64,000 nt of DNA from an uncultured bacterium (GCA_964012435.1 CAXGSM010000005.1:1-64000); one strand, 5' to 3'. Shown: positions 49,996 to 60,796, counted from the first letter of the stretch. The notes: a model not told the origin generated them from the letters alone. Numbers and translations: made by a program.

Positions 49996-51207
49996 ATGTT
50001 TTCAAATCTAACTCCAGAGTCAAACCAAAGACCAGGAAATGATCCCATTTTTGCACTTAGCGAAGAGGCTAGATCGAAAATCTCTAATGGTGAAAGGGTG
50101 ATTGATGCAACTTTGGGTTGTTTGTTTGACGACAATGGAGAGCTTCTGGTTGTTGATGCATGGGATGAAGTTGCTGCCGAGATTCACCCAAGCATGGTTG
50201 CCGGTTATGCTCCTATTTCAGGTGTCCAAAAATTTAATCATGCCATCATAGAGGATACATTTTCGGATTTTCAGCAGCTGAAAGATATAAGTGTATCTTC
50301 GGCAACACCTGGAGGAACAGGTGCTGTCACATCTTCAATTGTTAATTTTTTAGAACCAGGAGAGACGCTTATTTCACCACATCTTTATTGGGGCCCATAC
50401 AACACAATTTCTAGTTTAAATGGTCGAAAATTAACAACCTATAAAACCTTTACATCGGATTTGGATTTTAATCTAGAAGGTCTTGATCAGGCAGTCAATC
50501 AAACTTCAAAAGAAAACAAAAGAGTATTGACTGTAATCAATTCTCCGTGCAACAATCCAACAGGCTACTCTTTAAGTTCAAGTGAATGGGATGGGGTTGG
50601 TGAAATTTTAACCAAAGCCTCCAGGGTTTCTAGGAATTCACTAATTATAGATTTGGCTTATTTTAAATTTGGACCTAAAAATAATCACTGGTTAAAAGTT
50701 GTAGAAAGGATATGTGATGATGTGCAAGTTCTTATCGCCTGGAGCGGAAGTAAATCTTTTACAAGGTATGGCGCTAGGGTTGGTGGAATCATTGCTTTAA
50801 ACAGGGATGCTGATTCGAGAGAAAGGTTAAAAAGGGCATTTTCTTATTCCTCTAGGGGAACTTGGAGTAATTGCAATCACATGGGTCAATTTATTGCAAC
50901 AAAATTAATCACCGATGATCGTTATAAAGAACAGGTTGATACTGAAAGAAACGCCATCATAAACTTACTCCAAGACAGAGTTGATGTATTTAATGACCAG
51001 GCGCAAAAATACAATTTGATCTACCCTCGCTATGAGGGTGGTTTTTTTGTAACTGTGTTTTGCAAAGAGCCACAAGCTGTTGCTAAAAGAATGAGAGACA
51101 AGAATGTTTATTTAATACCCGTAAAAGATGGAGTCAGGGTTGGTCTTTGCAGTGTTGCATCGAGAGATATTTCGGAACTTGTAGAAGTGCTAAATAGCTG
51201 TTTGTAA
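49996..51207 (+). CDS. Class I/II PLP-dependent aminotransferase
   Basis: TPGGTGA, NNPTG, DLAY, SGSKSFTRYGARVG. Confidence 0.9.
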   Translation: MFSNLTPESNQRPGNDPIFALSEEARSKISNGERVIDATLGCLFDDNGELLVVDAWDEVAAEIHPSMVAGYAPISGVQKFNHAIIEDTFSDFQQLKDISVSSATPGGTGAVTSSIVNFLEPGETLISPHLYWGPYNTISSLNGRKLTTYKTFTSDLDFNLEGLDQAVNQTSKENKRVLTVINSPCNNPTGYSLSSSEWDGVGEILTKASRVSRNSLIIDLAYFKFGPKNNHWLKVVERICDDVQVLIAWSGSKSFTRYGARVGGIIALNRDADSRERLKRAFSYSSRGTWSNCNHMGQFIATKLITDDRYKEQVDTERNAIINLLQDRVDVFNDQAQKYNLIYPRYEGGFFVTVFCKEPQAVAKRMRDKNVYLIPVKDGVRVGLCSVASRDISELVEVLNSCL

Positions 51208-51953
51208 TGAACCTTAAAATTCAGGGAAAAGGGCAACCTTTATTATTGATACCGGGCCTTGGAGGGTGCTCAAAAAGTTTTGATTACCTGGTCCCACATT
51301 TAGATGATTTTCAGGTGATAACATTTGATCCATTGGGTTGTGGCTCCAGCATGTCAGTAGATAAAAACAAACCCAATATTATTTTTTCATCTGTTGTTGC
51401 TTTAATTAAGGATTTACAAATCGAAAAAATAAATGTTTTAGGAACTTCTTTTGGTGGTGTAATTGCGAGAATGATTGCTGCTGAAAATAGTGATTTGATA
51501 GACAGGGTCATCCTTGTCGCAACTGAGCCAGATCCAGATAGATCCATTCGTCCAACCCATCAAAAACCAAGAGTTGGCAAAGGAGCCTCTTCCGAGGAAA
51601 GGACAAAAGCCTGGCTGCAAAGTTTTTCTTTTAAGGGTTGGGAAAATGAAGATAATGTTAGTTTTACAGCTGCAGTTAAATACTATTCAAAGAATGAATC
51701 TATTTCAGAAACGCAAAGATTGCAAAAGAATTTCGTTTTGCAAAATAGACATTTTGGCATACCTGAAAATGTTAAGAATAAAGCTTTAATTGTTCATGGC
51801 AGTTGTGATCCATTGGTACCTTTTAGAAATGCAGAAATATTACATGATTTAATTTCCAAATCTGAAATAAAAAAAATTGAATCCTGTGGACACATGGTTG
51901 CTTGGGAAAAATCTAAAGAGTTAGCAATTTTAATTAAGGAATTCTTCGAATGA
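51207..51953 (+). CDS. Alpha/beta hydrolase
   Basis: LIPGLG, GTSFGG nucleophile elbow, HG..D, CGH. Confidence 0.88.
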   Translation: MNLKIQGKGQPLLLIPGLGGCSKSFDYLVPHLDDFQVITFDPLGCGSSMSVDKNKPNIIFSSVVALIKDLQIEKINVLGTSFGGVIARMIAAENSDLIDRVILVATEPDPDRSIRPTHQKPRVGKGASSEERTKAWLQSFSFKGWENEDNVSFTAAVKYYSKNESISETQRLQKNFVLQNRHFGIPENVKNKALIVHGSCDPLVPFRNAEILHDLISKSEIKKIESCGHMVAWEKSKELAILIKEFFE

Positions 51954-52981
51954 GAATCTTGGTTATTGGCGGAACTAGATTTATGGGAAGGGGTTTAGTC
52001 CATAAGTTTTTAAAAAATGGTCATGATGTTTTTATTATGACGAGAGGGCTTACACAGCACCCCTTCAAACATGATGTTCGGCATGTTTTATGTGACAGAT
52101 TTAATAGTGAGGCTTTCAAATATGAGTTAATTAATTTAAAGAAGGAAATTAATACAGAGGTGGTATTTGATGCAGTTGTCGATTTTCTTTCATTCAATGG
52201 ACAACATTCACAAGATTTTATTGATGTTTTTTCAGATTCCGGCTCAATCGGTCACTTTATACATATATCAACGGGTTCTGTTTACGCGGTCGGAGAAAGG
52301 TATCACGATGGGTTAATACTAGAAAAAGATTTTCAAAACCAATTGGCAAAGCCTTGGAGAAACAATATTGAAAGTTGGAATTATGGCCTTGGGAAAAGAG
52401 AGGCTGAACATGTGTTAGAAAAAGCCTGGAATGATTTTGGCTTTCCTGAAACCAGAATCAGGATTCCGATAGTTGAAGGACCTTATGATCACACATTAAG
52501 AAGCTGGAAGTACCAGCTTTGGCTCCAAAGCGGCAAGCCAATCGATCTTCCTGATGGGGGAGGTTTCAAGTTTACACATGTTTTTTCTGAAGATGTTATT
52601 GATGCTATTTCGTCAATAATTAAAATTGGATCACCCTTGTATGGAAATGCTTTCAATCTTGCGCAAGAAGAACAGCCATCATTAAAAAATTATCTTATAG
52701 AGATGGCAAAAACAATTGGTGTTGAGCCTAAATTTAAGAATATTTCCCTAGATAAGTACTGGAGCCCTTTGGAGAAAAATAAAGTTTTTTCTAAATCAAA
52801 AGCATGGCAACCTTATGCATCGTGGCTTAAAAGAGATTCATGCTTAAGTATTGAAAAAGCAAAAAAATATTTGTCATGGAAACCAACACCAATGAATGAT
52901 GCACTGCAAAAAACTTGTTTATGGTTCGACAGTAAGCAAAATTTATTTCAAAAACCATCCAGCGAACCTTGGTTAAGTTGA
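51950..52981 (+). CDS. NAD-dependent epimerase/dehydratase family protein
   Basis: GGTRFMG, STGSVY, YGLGK (YxxxK). Confidence 0.88.
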   Translation: MRILVIGGTRFMGRGLVHKFLKNGHDVFIMTRGLTQHPFKHDVRHVLCDRFNSEAFKYELINLKKEINTEVVFDAVVDFLSFNGQHSQDFIDVFSDSGSIGHFIHISTGSVYAVGERYHDGLILEKDFQNQLAKPWRNNIESWNYGLGKREAEHVLEKAWNDFGFPETRIRIPIVEGPYDHTLRSWKYQLWLQSGKPIDLPDGGGFKFTHVFSEDVIDAISSIIKIGSPLYGNAFNLAQEEQPSLKNYLIEMAKTIGVEPKFKNISLDKYWSPLEKNKVFSKSKAWQPYASWLKRDSCLSIEKAKKYLSWKPTPMNDALQKTCLWFDSKQNLFQKPSSEPWLS

Positions 52982-52990
52982 TGTAGTACA

Positions 52991-53011
52991 ATATACCCAT
53001 CGGGGGTATAT
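52991..53011. promoter_or_regulatory. CsoR operator
   Basis: Perfect 8-bp inverted repeat ATATACCC-ATCGG-GGGTATAT abutting the csoR ATG; overlaps a possible -10 TACAAT (52987-52992). Confidence 0.9.
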
Positions 53012-53314
53012 ATGAAAAATGACAATTATTGTGATTCTTTACCGGAATCTCACGGCCAGGCTTTAAGGAATCTGGCTCGTATAAAAGGCCAAATTGGCGG
53101 TGTCCAAAAAATGATCAGAGAAGGTAGCTATTGTTTGGATGTTTTGACCCAAATTCATGCTGCAAGGTCAGCGCTTGATAGTGTATCTGCAGCATTAATG
53201 GAAAATCATCTTGAAAGCTGCTGTGTTGAAGCGATCATATCTGATGACAAAGATTTAGCTTTAAAAAGAGTTACCGAGTTTTCTCAGTGTTGCAAAAAAT
53301 TCATTAAAGGTTAA
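53012..53314 (+). CDS. csoR: Copper-sensing transcriptional repressor
   Basis: LARIKGQI, YCLDVLTQ, HLESC (C-H-C ligand set). Confidence 0.93.
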   Translation: MKNDNYCDSLPESHGQALRNLARIKGQIGGVQKMIREGSYCLDVLTQIHAARSALDSVSAALMENHLESCCVEAIISDDKDLALKRVTEFSQCCKKFIKG

Positions 53315-53316
53315 AG

Positions 53317-55431
53317 ATGTCTGAATCTAATTTTTCTTCTAGTGTTTTTGGCATGCATTGCGCAAATTGCGTAACATCGCTAGAAAAAGCCATTATGCAA
53401 GTTCCCGGTGTCCAAAAGGTATCTGTTAACCTGCAAGCTAAAAAGGTTGTTGTTTCTGGAGAATTTTCCATATCCTCTGTTAAAGAGGTTATTGTTAATA
53501 AGGGTTATTCTTTTGAACAGCCCATGCAAGATAGAACAAAAGAGCTTTGGATCGTTTGGCTGTTAGCTGTCTTATCCTTCTTTGTTAAAGATCAGTTAGG
53601 AATATTGGTTTTTCTAGGGTGCGCATTAGCAGGAGATTTGGCCAAAAAGTTAACACATGACGGGCTGTCTTCACTTAAGCAAAAAGATTACAAGATGGAG
53701 ACATTGATTTTTATTGGCGTTTGGGGGGCTGCTTTGCATCATATTTTTTCTCTTTTGACTGGCCATCATGGGATGGGAAAAGAAGGGGTTATCCTTTTGG
53801 CGATATATCTCACAGGTCAACACCTTGAATCAAGGCTTAAAGATAAAGCTGATATTGCGATCAAGGATCTTTTAAATTTGCTTCCAGATGATGTTGTATT
53901 AATTAAAAATAATAAAAAGGTTACAACCAAATTAAAAGATGTCGAGACAGGAGATTGCATTTTAGTTTTGCCAGGACAATCCGTACCATTAGATGGAGTT
54001 GTTATTGAAGGAAAAAGTGAGCTTAATGAAAGCTTGATAACCGGTGAGTCAGAGCCGGTTTTAAAGGTTATCGATGATGGTGTCATAGGCGGAACTTTAA
54101 ACATTTCGGGAAGAATTGTTATCAAAGTAAGTGCTCCTGGTGATGAAGGTTACCTTTCAAAACTTGTTGAGATGGTTGAGAATGCAAGTGCCGCCAATAT
54201 ACCTGTTCAAGGTTTGGTAGACAAGATTGTTGCTGTCTTTGTGCCGATTGTTTTATGGGCAGCTGGTTTAGCGGGTGTTTTTTGGTTTATTGTGCCAGAA
54301 AGAATGATGGGAATAAACCAGTTTTTAATTTCTAAATTAGCAATAGATATGGAACCTTTAAGTTGGTTTATGGTGGTTCTTGCCGTTTTGGTCGTTTCTT
54401 GCCCTTGCCCATTAGGCATAGCAACCCCATTAGCGCTTTTCATTGGTGCTGGTAGGGGCGCTAAAATCGGTTTGATCATCCGTGATGGAAAAGGTTTAGA
54501 GGATTTAAAAAGTTGCAAGGTTTTGATGCTGGATAAAACCGGCACCTTAACAACTGGAAACCCAACAGTGCAATCAATCTTTCCATTTGATGGGTTTACC
54601 GAAGAGCAGGTGTTGCAGCATGCTGCTTCAGCAGAAGAAGGCAGCGAACACCCAATTGCAAAAGCCATATTAAAGAATTGCAAATCAAGAAAAATCAAAT
54701 GGCAAAAATTGGAAAATTACAAATATCATTTTGGCTCCGGAGTTGAAGGTTTAGATAAAAATGGCAATAAAGTCATGGCTGGTAGTGTTGCTTGGGCGTT
54801 ACCAGAACCAATTGCTGTTTCTGATGAAATTCCAACAGATGCAACAATTGTTGCTGTGAGTATCGATAGCAAGCCAATAGGTTTAATAGCGTTAAATGAT
54901 GAAATTAGAAAAAACGCATTTGAAACGATTAGAAAGATTCAAAAAATGAATATAAAAATTGTTATTGCTAGCGGTGATAGAGAAGAGTCGGTTAAAGCTG
55001 TAGCTGAAAAACTTTCAATAAAAAATTATTTCCATGCACAAAAGCCAGAAGACAAGCTTGCCTTGGTTAGCGAGTACCAAAAAGACAACATTCATGTTGT
55101 TTTTGCTGGGGATGGTGTTAATGATGCTCCAGCTTTAGCTGCAGCCACTGTGGGTATTGCGATGGGGGATGGTTCAGACCTTGCAAAACAGAATGGCGGT
55201 TTGATTTTACCTAAAGGAAATCTTCTGAATATTTATAAAGCGATCGTTCTTAGCCAAAAAACATTTTCCATTGTTGGCCAAAATTTATTTTGGGCAGCTA
55301 TATACAATGTCATTGCAATACCGTTGGCATTTTTTGGTGTCTTGCACCCAATAGTTGCACAAAGTGCCATGGTTATTTCAGATCTTATCGTTATTTTGAA
55401 TAGTTTACGTTTACAAAAAATTAAAATATGA
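53317..55431 (+). CDS. copA: Cu(I)-type P1B ATPase
   Basis: GMHCANC HMA domain, TGES, CPC, DKTGT, SEHP, GDGVND, YN motif; follows csoR. Confidence 0.9.
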   Translation: MSESNFSSSVFGMHCANCVTSLEKAIMQVPGVQKVSVNLQAKKVVVSGEFSISSVKEVIVNKGYSFEQPMQDRTKELWIVWLLAVLSFFVKDQLGILVFLGCALAGDLAKKLTHDGLSSLKQKDYKMETLIFIGVWGAALHHIFSLLTGHHGMGKEGVILLAIYLTGQHLESRLKDKADIAIKDLLNLLPDDVVLIKNNKKVTTKLKDVETGDCILVLPGQSVPLDGVVIEGKSELNESLITGESEPVLKVIDDGVIGGTLNISGRIVIKVSAPGDEGYLSKLVEMVENASAANIPVQGLVDKIVAVFVPIVLWAAGLAGVFWFIVPERMMGINQFLISKLAIDMEPLSWFMVVLAVLVVSCPCPLGIATPLALFIGAGRGAKIGLIIRDGKGLEDLKSCKVLMLDKTGTLTTGNPTVQSIFPFDGFTEEQVLQHAASAEEGSEHPIAKAILKNCKSRKIKWQKLENYKYHFGSGVEGLDKNGNKVMAGSVAWALPEPIAVSDEIPTDATIVAVSIDSKPIGLIALNDEIRKNAFETIRKIQKMNIKIVIASGDREESVKAVAEKLSIKNYFHAQKPEDKLALVSEYQKDNIHVVFAGDGVNDAPALAAATVGIAMGDGSDLAKQNGGLILPKGNLLNIYKAIVLSQKTFSIVGQNLFWAAIYNVIAIPLAFFGVLHPIVAQSAMVISDLIVILNSLRLQKIKI

Positions 55432-56240
55432 AAATTTCTGTAATCCTCATAACATACAAGAAATTTAATGAATTGACTTTAACACTTTCTGCTTTAGAAA
55501 ATCAAATTAATAAAGGTTTTGAGGTTATCGTTGCAGAGGATGACAACTCGCAAGAAACAAAAAAAATAATAACAAAATTTCAAAAGAGAGGCAAGTTAGA
55601 TTTAAGGCACGTTCATCAGGAGGACAATGGATATCAGAGATCAAAAATAGTAAATAAAGGTATTGCTGAATCAAAAGGCGATTATCTTCTTTTTCTGGAT
55701 AGTGATTGCGTTCCTAGGTCTGACTGGGTTGAATCATATGCAAAATCAGCAAGAGTTGGTTGGTTCTTTTCAGGCGGAAGTGTGGTGCACATTCCTGAAA
55801 AGATTCATTTGAAACTTCGAGTTTCAGATGTAAATGACAACAAAATTTTCAATTATCAATGGTTGAAAAATCAAGGTTTATCCTGCAAAAGGACAAAATT
55901 AAGGTTATCAAATCTGGGACTCTTTAAACACGTTATGAACATTCTGACAACACGCCTGGGTGTTTTTACTGGCGGTAACTCTGCATGCTGGAGAAAGGAT
56001 GCATTGGCTGTAAATGGTTTTAATGAGGATTTCAAGACTTACGGATCTGAAGATAGGGAATTCGGAGCGAGGCTCGTTAATTATGGCTTAAAAGGAATCG
56101 TTAAGAAATTTTCTTTTATTGTGGTGCATCTTGATCACCCAAGACCGTATAGTGATGATGAAAATGTTAAAAATCGAAAAATCATGAAAAAGGTTATGTT
56201 TTCTAGAAAGCACTGGGCTAAAAACGGCATCAAGAAATAA
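55428..56240 (+). CDS. Glycosyltransferase family 2
   Basis: VAEDD, FLDSDC, NGFNE.F..YGSED. Confidence 0.9.
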   Translation: MKISVILITYKKFNELTLTLSALENQINKGFEVIVAEDDNSQETKKIITKFQKRGKLDLRHVHQEDNGYQRSKIVNKGIAESKGDYLLFLDSDCVPRSDWVESYAKSARVGWFFSGGSVVHIPEKIHLKLRVSDVNDNKIFNYQWLKNQGLSCKRTKLRLSNLGLFKHVMNILTTRLGVFTGGNSACWRKDALAVNGFNEDFKTYGSEDREFGARLVNYGLKGIVKKFSFIVVHLDHPRPYSDDENVKNRKIMKKVMFSRKHWAKNGIKK

Positions 56241-56296
56241 AACCAACAAAAAGAAACTTTTGCAGTTTCTTCATAGTACTATATAGGCATAAAAAC

Positions 56297-58297
56297 ATGT
56301 TGAAGAGAATTAAATTCACCTTATTTATCCTTCTTCTTTCTTTTTCCAGCATCACCCAGAAACAAAGCGAACCCTGGGTTAAATTTGGATTAACGGACGA
56401 GCAGGCTGCTCGTCATGTTTTAGATAGATTTGCTTTTGGACCAAGGCAGGGAGATATTAAAAAGGTTACATCTATAGGAGTCAGCAATTGGTTTGAAAAT
56501 CAGATGCTTGCAGCCCAAGGTAATTCTCAATTGGAAGAAATTCTCAATAAGCTTGATTTCAAGTCATTAGAAATGTCTTTAGACGAGATGGCAAATACGT
56601 ATGTCCCATACGGTCAAATCAATCGCAGGGTCAAGGATTGGGCTATTGAATCAGGCTTGGTAACAGAACAGGATTTTTTGACCATGACGAATGAAGAGCA
56701 AAGAAGGTTGGCTCTTTTGTATATGGATGATTTTTCACTTAGACCAATTTCAGAACTTGATTCTGAAACATTAGCTCAAAAGATGATTAGAGCTGCTTAT
56801 TCTGAAAATCAATTCCAAGAAGTTTTAACAGATTTCTGGTTTAATCATTTCAATATAGATGCTAGCCAAAATGATGTTCGTCCTTATGTTTATTCATATG
56901 AAAGAGATGCAATTAGGTCTAACGTATTCGGAAATTTTTCCGATATGCTTGAGGCGACAGCAAAACATCCAGGGATGCTTTTTTATCTCGATAATGGACT
57001 TTCTACAGCTGGTTCAGGTGTTGAAACAACCGTTAGTTTCCATATGGAAAACTTATCACAAACAACAAGAAAACGAGATTTGCCAAAATCGGCAAGAAGC
57101 CTTCTGAACAATTCAGGCAGAGGGCTGAATGAAAATTACGCTAGAGAATTAATGGAATTGCACACATTGGGTGTTGATGCATTCAATAATATTAATGGCT
57201 ATACACAAAAAGATGTTCAGGAAGTTGCTCGTGCTTTTACTGGTTGGACATGGATTTTGCAAGACAGTTTAAATACCCGACTGCCTGAGGGTATCGCCTC
57301 CATGGGAATGGCAAATCAGGATTCAAATATGTCTGCAATGGGTAATCAAGTCGGCAATTCTTTTTTATCTTCACAACTTGAAAGACTTGGCTTTGCGCAA
57401 GAGGGATCTTTTATTTTTAGAGCAAGTGCTCATGATGCAGGAGAAAAAAATATTTTGGGACATTATTTCCCAAGGGGAGGAGGTTTGGAGGAGGGTGAAA
57501 AAGTTTTGAATATACTGTCAAAACATGAATATACCGCCAGGTTCCTATCAAAGAAAATAGCAACTAAATTTGTTCAAGACGATCCTCCTGAGGAGCTTAT
57601 CGAGCTTATGACAAAAGCTTATCTGAACAGTTCAGGAGACTTAATTGAGGTTTACAGATCAATGTTTTATTCTGATTATTTTTGGAGAGACGAGGCGATA
57701 AGGTCAAAGATTAAATCCCCATTTGAGCTTATTATCTCCACAGTCCGTATTTTAGACAGCAAGGTTACATCCTTAAAAGGACTTTTCAATTCAATAAAAA
57801 CCATGGGGCAACCACTTTATCGTTATCAGGCTCCAACTGGATATCCAGACTCTGCTTCATCCTGGGTAAACACCGGGTCCTTGGTTTCAAGAATGAATTT
57901 CGGATTACTGATTGGTGGTGACAAGATAAGAGGGGTTGATTCTGACCTGAAAGCTCTAAACACTTTCGATGGAGTTTTTCATGAGCCTGAAAGTGTTCAG
58001 CATGCTTTGGAAGTTTATGCAGGAATAATAATGCCTTACAGGGATCTAAAGGAAACCTTAAGGATTTTAGAACCTGTTGTAAATGCTGAAGATTTAAATG
58101 CAAAGATTGAAATTGCTTCAGAGCAGTTTAATGTAGAAAGATCCATGCGGAACGGAATGAGTGAAGATGATTTTTCAAATGTTTTAGATCAGGATTTTCA
58201 AATTGGGAATAATAGAAAAACAACAAAGGAAAACGAAAGTATACTCGGCCAAATTGTTGGTGTTATTTTGGGCAGTCCCGAATTTCAAAGGAGGTAG
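56297..58297 (+). CDS. DUF1800 family protein
   Basis: RFAFGP, FWFNHFN, HPGMLFYLDN, NENYARELMELHTLG, GSPEFQRR. Confidence 0.92.
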   Translation: MLKRIKFTLFILLLSFSSITQKQSEPWVKFGLTDEQAARHVLDRFAFGPRQGDIKKVTSIGVSNWFENQMLAAQGNSQLEEILNKLDFKSLEMSLDEMANTYVPYGQINRRVKDWAIESGLVTEQDFLTMTNEEQRRLALLYMDDFSLRPISELDSETLAQKMIRAAYSENQFQEVLTDFWFNHFNIDASQNDVRPYVYSYERDAIRSNVFGNFSDMLEATAKHPGMLFYLDNGLSTAGSGVETTVSFHMENLSQTTRKRDLPKSARSLLNNSGRGLNENYARELMELHTLGVDAFNNINGYTQKDVQEVARAFTGWTWILQDSLNTRLPEGIASMGMANQDSNMSAMGNQVGNSFLSSQLERLGFAQEGSFIFRASAHDAGEKNILGHYFPRGGGLEEGEKVLNILSKHEYTARFLSKKIATKFVQDDPPEELIELMTKAYLNSSGDLIEVYRSMFYSDYFWRDEAIRSKIKSPFELIISTVRILDSKVTSLKGLFNSIKTMGQPLYRYQAPTGYPDSASSWVNTGSLVSRMNFGLLIGGDKIRGVDSDLKALNTFDGVFHEPESVQHALEVYAGIIMPYRDLKETLRILEPVVNAEDLNAKIEIASEQFNVERSMRNGMSEDDFSNVLDQDFQIGNNRKTTKENESILGQIVGVILGSPEFQRR

Positions 58298-58300
58298 TTT

Positions 58301-59587
58301 ATGCATGATGATCATGACGATGATATAAAAGGAATCTGGACTAGACGAGCTTTTTTGAAATCAGGTGGAATTGCTTTATTCAGTTTGGGAGTTGGCGGTA
58401 ATCCACTTTTTATAAACAAAGCTGCAATTAATTCAAAAAATGATTTATTAAATCAAAATAAAACTCTTGTTACGATTTTTCAGAGAGGCGCCATGGATGG
58501 CTTAATGGCAGTCCCTAAATTAAATGATAAATATTTAATGAATGCACGACCAAGACTTTACATGAATCCAGGTTCAAAAAATGATCCTGTATTAGATCTT
58601 GATAATGGTTTTGGTTTCCATCCATCATTAACGCCATTAATGGATTATTGGAAGGAAGGAAGTCTAGCTGTTGTGCATGGCATGGGAAGCCCTAACAAAA
58701 CGAGAAGTCATTTTGATGCACAGGACTTTATGGAATCTGGTACACCCGGTGACAAGGGCACTAGCTCTGGTTGGTTGAATAGGGCTGTAGGTTTAATGGG
58801 TCATGAGTCACCAACCCCATTTCAATCAGTTGCCCTGACACCATCGTTACCCAAATCTTTTTATGGCGAAGAGTCAGCTTTGGCTATATCCGATTTAGAT
58901 AATTTTGGACTCCCAAGCTATATAAACATTGGTAACATTGTTGGCAATACATTTGAATCTTTGTACGAGGATACAACAAAAGAGATACTTAAAGACACAG
59001 CAGATGCTACATTTGAAGCCGTTGATCTTTTAGAGAAAATTAGACAGAAAGACTATGTCGCAACATCAAAAGTTTCTTATCCAAATTCAAAATTAGGCAA
59101 TTCTTTAAGGCAGATAGCACAGCTTATCAAAGCAGATGTTGGTTTAGAGGTTGCTTTTGCAGAACAAGGAGGATGGGACACTCATGTACAGCAGGGAACC
59201 GCTCAAGGGTCTTTTGCCAATAACCTTAAAGATCTTTCTGAGTCTATTTCTGCATTTTGGGAAGATTTAGGCCCATATCAAGACAGGGTTAATCTTATGA
59301 CCATGACTGAATTTGGCAGAACTGTAAAGGAGAATGGCACTGGTGGCACTGATCATGGACGAGGTTCTTGCTTATTCGTATTAGGGCAAGATGTTGATGG
59401 TCAAAAAATTCATGGGCATGTTCCAACTTTGGCAAAAGAAAATCTTGAAGATGGTCGAGATCTTCCTGTCACGACAGATTTCAGAGCTATTTTCAGTGAA
59501 GTTGCAGGATCAACATTTGGTATTGCAGATGATGAAGAGCTGTTTCCAGGATGGGAAGGAGAGAGGGTTAAGCTTTTTAAAAGCTAA
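58301..59587 (+). CDS. DUF1501 family protein with Tat signal
   Basis: TRRAFLK, QRGAMDGL, RSHFDAQ, GGWDTH, EFGRT, GTDHG. Confidence 0.92.
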   Translation: MHDDHDDDIKGIWTRRAFLKSGGIALFSLGVGGNPLFINKAAINSKNDLLNQNKTLVTIFQRGAMDGLMAVPKLNDKYLMNARPRLYMNPGSKNDPVLDLDNGFGFHPSLTPLMDYWKEGSLAVVHGMGSPNKTRSHFDAQDFMESGTPGDKGTSSGWLNRAVGLMGHESPTPFQSVALTPSLPKSFYGEESALAISDLDNFGLPSYINIGNIVGNTFESLYEDTTKEILKDTADATFEAVDLLEKIRQKDYVATSKVSYPNSKLGNSLRQIAQLIKADVGLEVAFAEQGGWDTHVQQGTAQGSFANNLKDLSESISAFWEDLGPYQDRVNLMTMTEFGRTVKENGTGGTDHGRGSCLFVLGQDVDGQKIHGHVPTLAKENLEDGRDLPVTTDFRAIFSEVAGSTFGIADDEELFPGWEGERVKLFKS

Positions 59588-59591
59588 ATAC

Positions 59592-59613
59592 GTGGGCCTG
59601 TTTCCAGGCCCAC
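59592..59613. terminator. Hairpin between convergent genes, probable terminator
   Basis: GTGGGCCTG-TTTC-CAGGCCCAC perfect 9-bp stem (GAAA loop on the minus strand); U-tails weak. Confidence 0.7.
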
Positions 59614-59623
59614 ACTAAAATCT

Positions 59624-59821
59624 TTATTTGTCTTCTGAGTTTGAGCAAGACCCACCACAATCTTTTATACAAATGATGGCAGAAACACCAACCAATATGT
59701 AAACGATTCGTTCAATGGATGCATTGAAGCCAAAAATCATATTGACTAAATTAATGTCAAATGCGTGTAGTCCCCAATTCAAACCACCAACGATCAAAAG
59801 TATCTGTGCTAACTTTTTCAT
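59624..59821 (-). CDS. DUF378 family small membrane protein
   Basis: LLIVGGLNWGL, RIVYILVGVSA; AGGAGG RBS before ATG 59821. Confidence 0.88.
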   Translation of the reverse strand: MKKLAQILLIVGGLNWGLHAFDINLVNMIFGFNASIERIVYILVGVSAIICIKDCGGSCSNSEDK

Positions 59822-59893
59822 TAAATATCCTCCTTGTAAAACAAATATTTGAAACAAATTGTAACGCTGGAAAAATAATATATTTATATATTA

Positions 59894-60796
59894 TTACTTT
59901 AAGTGCTTGTTAAAAAAAGCAACAAAATGATCGTTTATGTTCTCGTTTTCCATGTTTTCTTGCAATTTCAAAATACATTCAATATTCAATTCATCCATTT
60001 TTTCTTTAAGCATAAAGCCAAACTTTGGATGATGAATGTAAACATGTCCCGGTGAATTTTGCGGCAAAGGGTCATTTCTTTGTCCATAATAAAGCAAAAC
60101 CGGAGCATCACCCACATTTAGGTGATTGATAGGAGATGCCCATTCAAACCATGGATGAAATTTGGGATTTTCGATATGTTCAAAAGAATTCATGCCGTGG
60201 TGATTCATGCCAAAAAGCTCATACAACGGTTGGTCTATTACGTTGGTGTCAAACATTTTCGAGATAACCCTCGGGTCTAGTGTTGTTTGTGCTCCAATTG
60301 CAACAACAGCTTGAACCTTTGCTGAGACCCTATGTGGAAAAATGTTTCTAGGATTGTCTCTTGTGTTTGAGTCATCATTGAATCCCAACCACAATGATAT
60401 GGCCCCGCCTGCTGACCCTCCAATAGCACCAAACTGTTCTGGATTGAGGTTAAAAACACCAGATAGGCTTCTTAAGAACTGTATTGCAGCACCTGCGTCT
60501 TGCATTTGAGCTGGAAATGGGGCCTGCCAGGTTAATCTGTAATTGACTGCAGCAACAGATATTTTGTTTTCGAGTAGTTGTTCTAGCAAATTGGGGTTGA
60601 TTGTTTTTTTGTCCCCTCCCTTAAAGCCGCCGCCATGAAAGTAAATGACCAAAGGTGTTGGTTCCTGCGATTCAGCAAGCCATAAATCTAGCTCGGTTCT
60701 TTGGAACAGGTTGAAACTGTAGTTGATATTTTCATGATCTGGTTTTAGAGACTGTGAAGAAAACAGCGCCAAAAAACAAAAAAATGAAAATATCAT
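59894..60796 (-). CDS. Secreted alpha/beta hydrolase (HSL-like esterase)
   Basis: FHGGGF, VNYRL, GGSAGG. Confidence 0.88.
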   Translation of the reverse strand: MIFSFFCFLALFSSQSLKPDHENINYSFNLFQRTELDLWLAESQEPTPLVIYFHGGGFKGGDKKTINPNLLEQLLENKISVAAVNYRLTWQAPFPAQMQDAGAAIQFLRSLSGVFNLNPEQFGAIGGSAGGAISLWLGFNDDSNTRDNPRNIFPHRVSAKVQAVVAIGAQTTLDPRVISKMFDTNVIDQPLYELFGMNHHGMNSFEHIENPKFHPWFEWASPINHLNVGDAPVLLYYGQRNDPLPQNSPGHVYIHHPKFGFMLKEKMDELNIECILKLQENMENENINDHFVAFFNKHLK

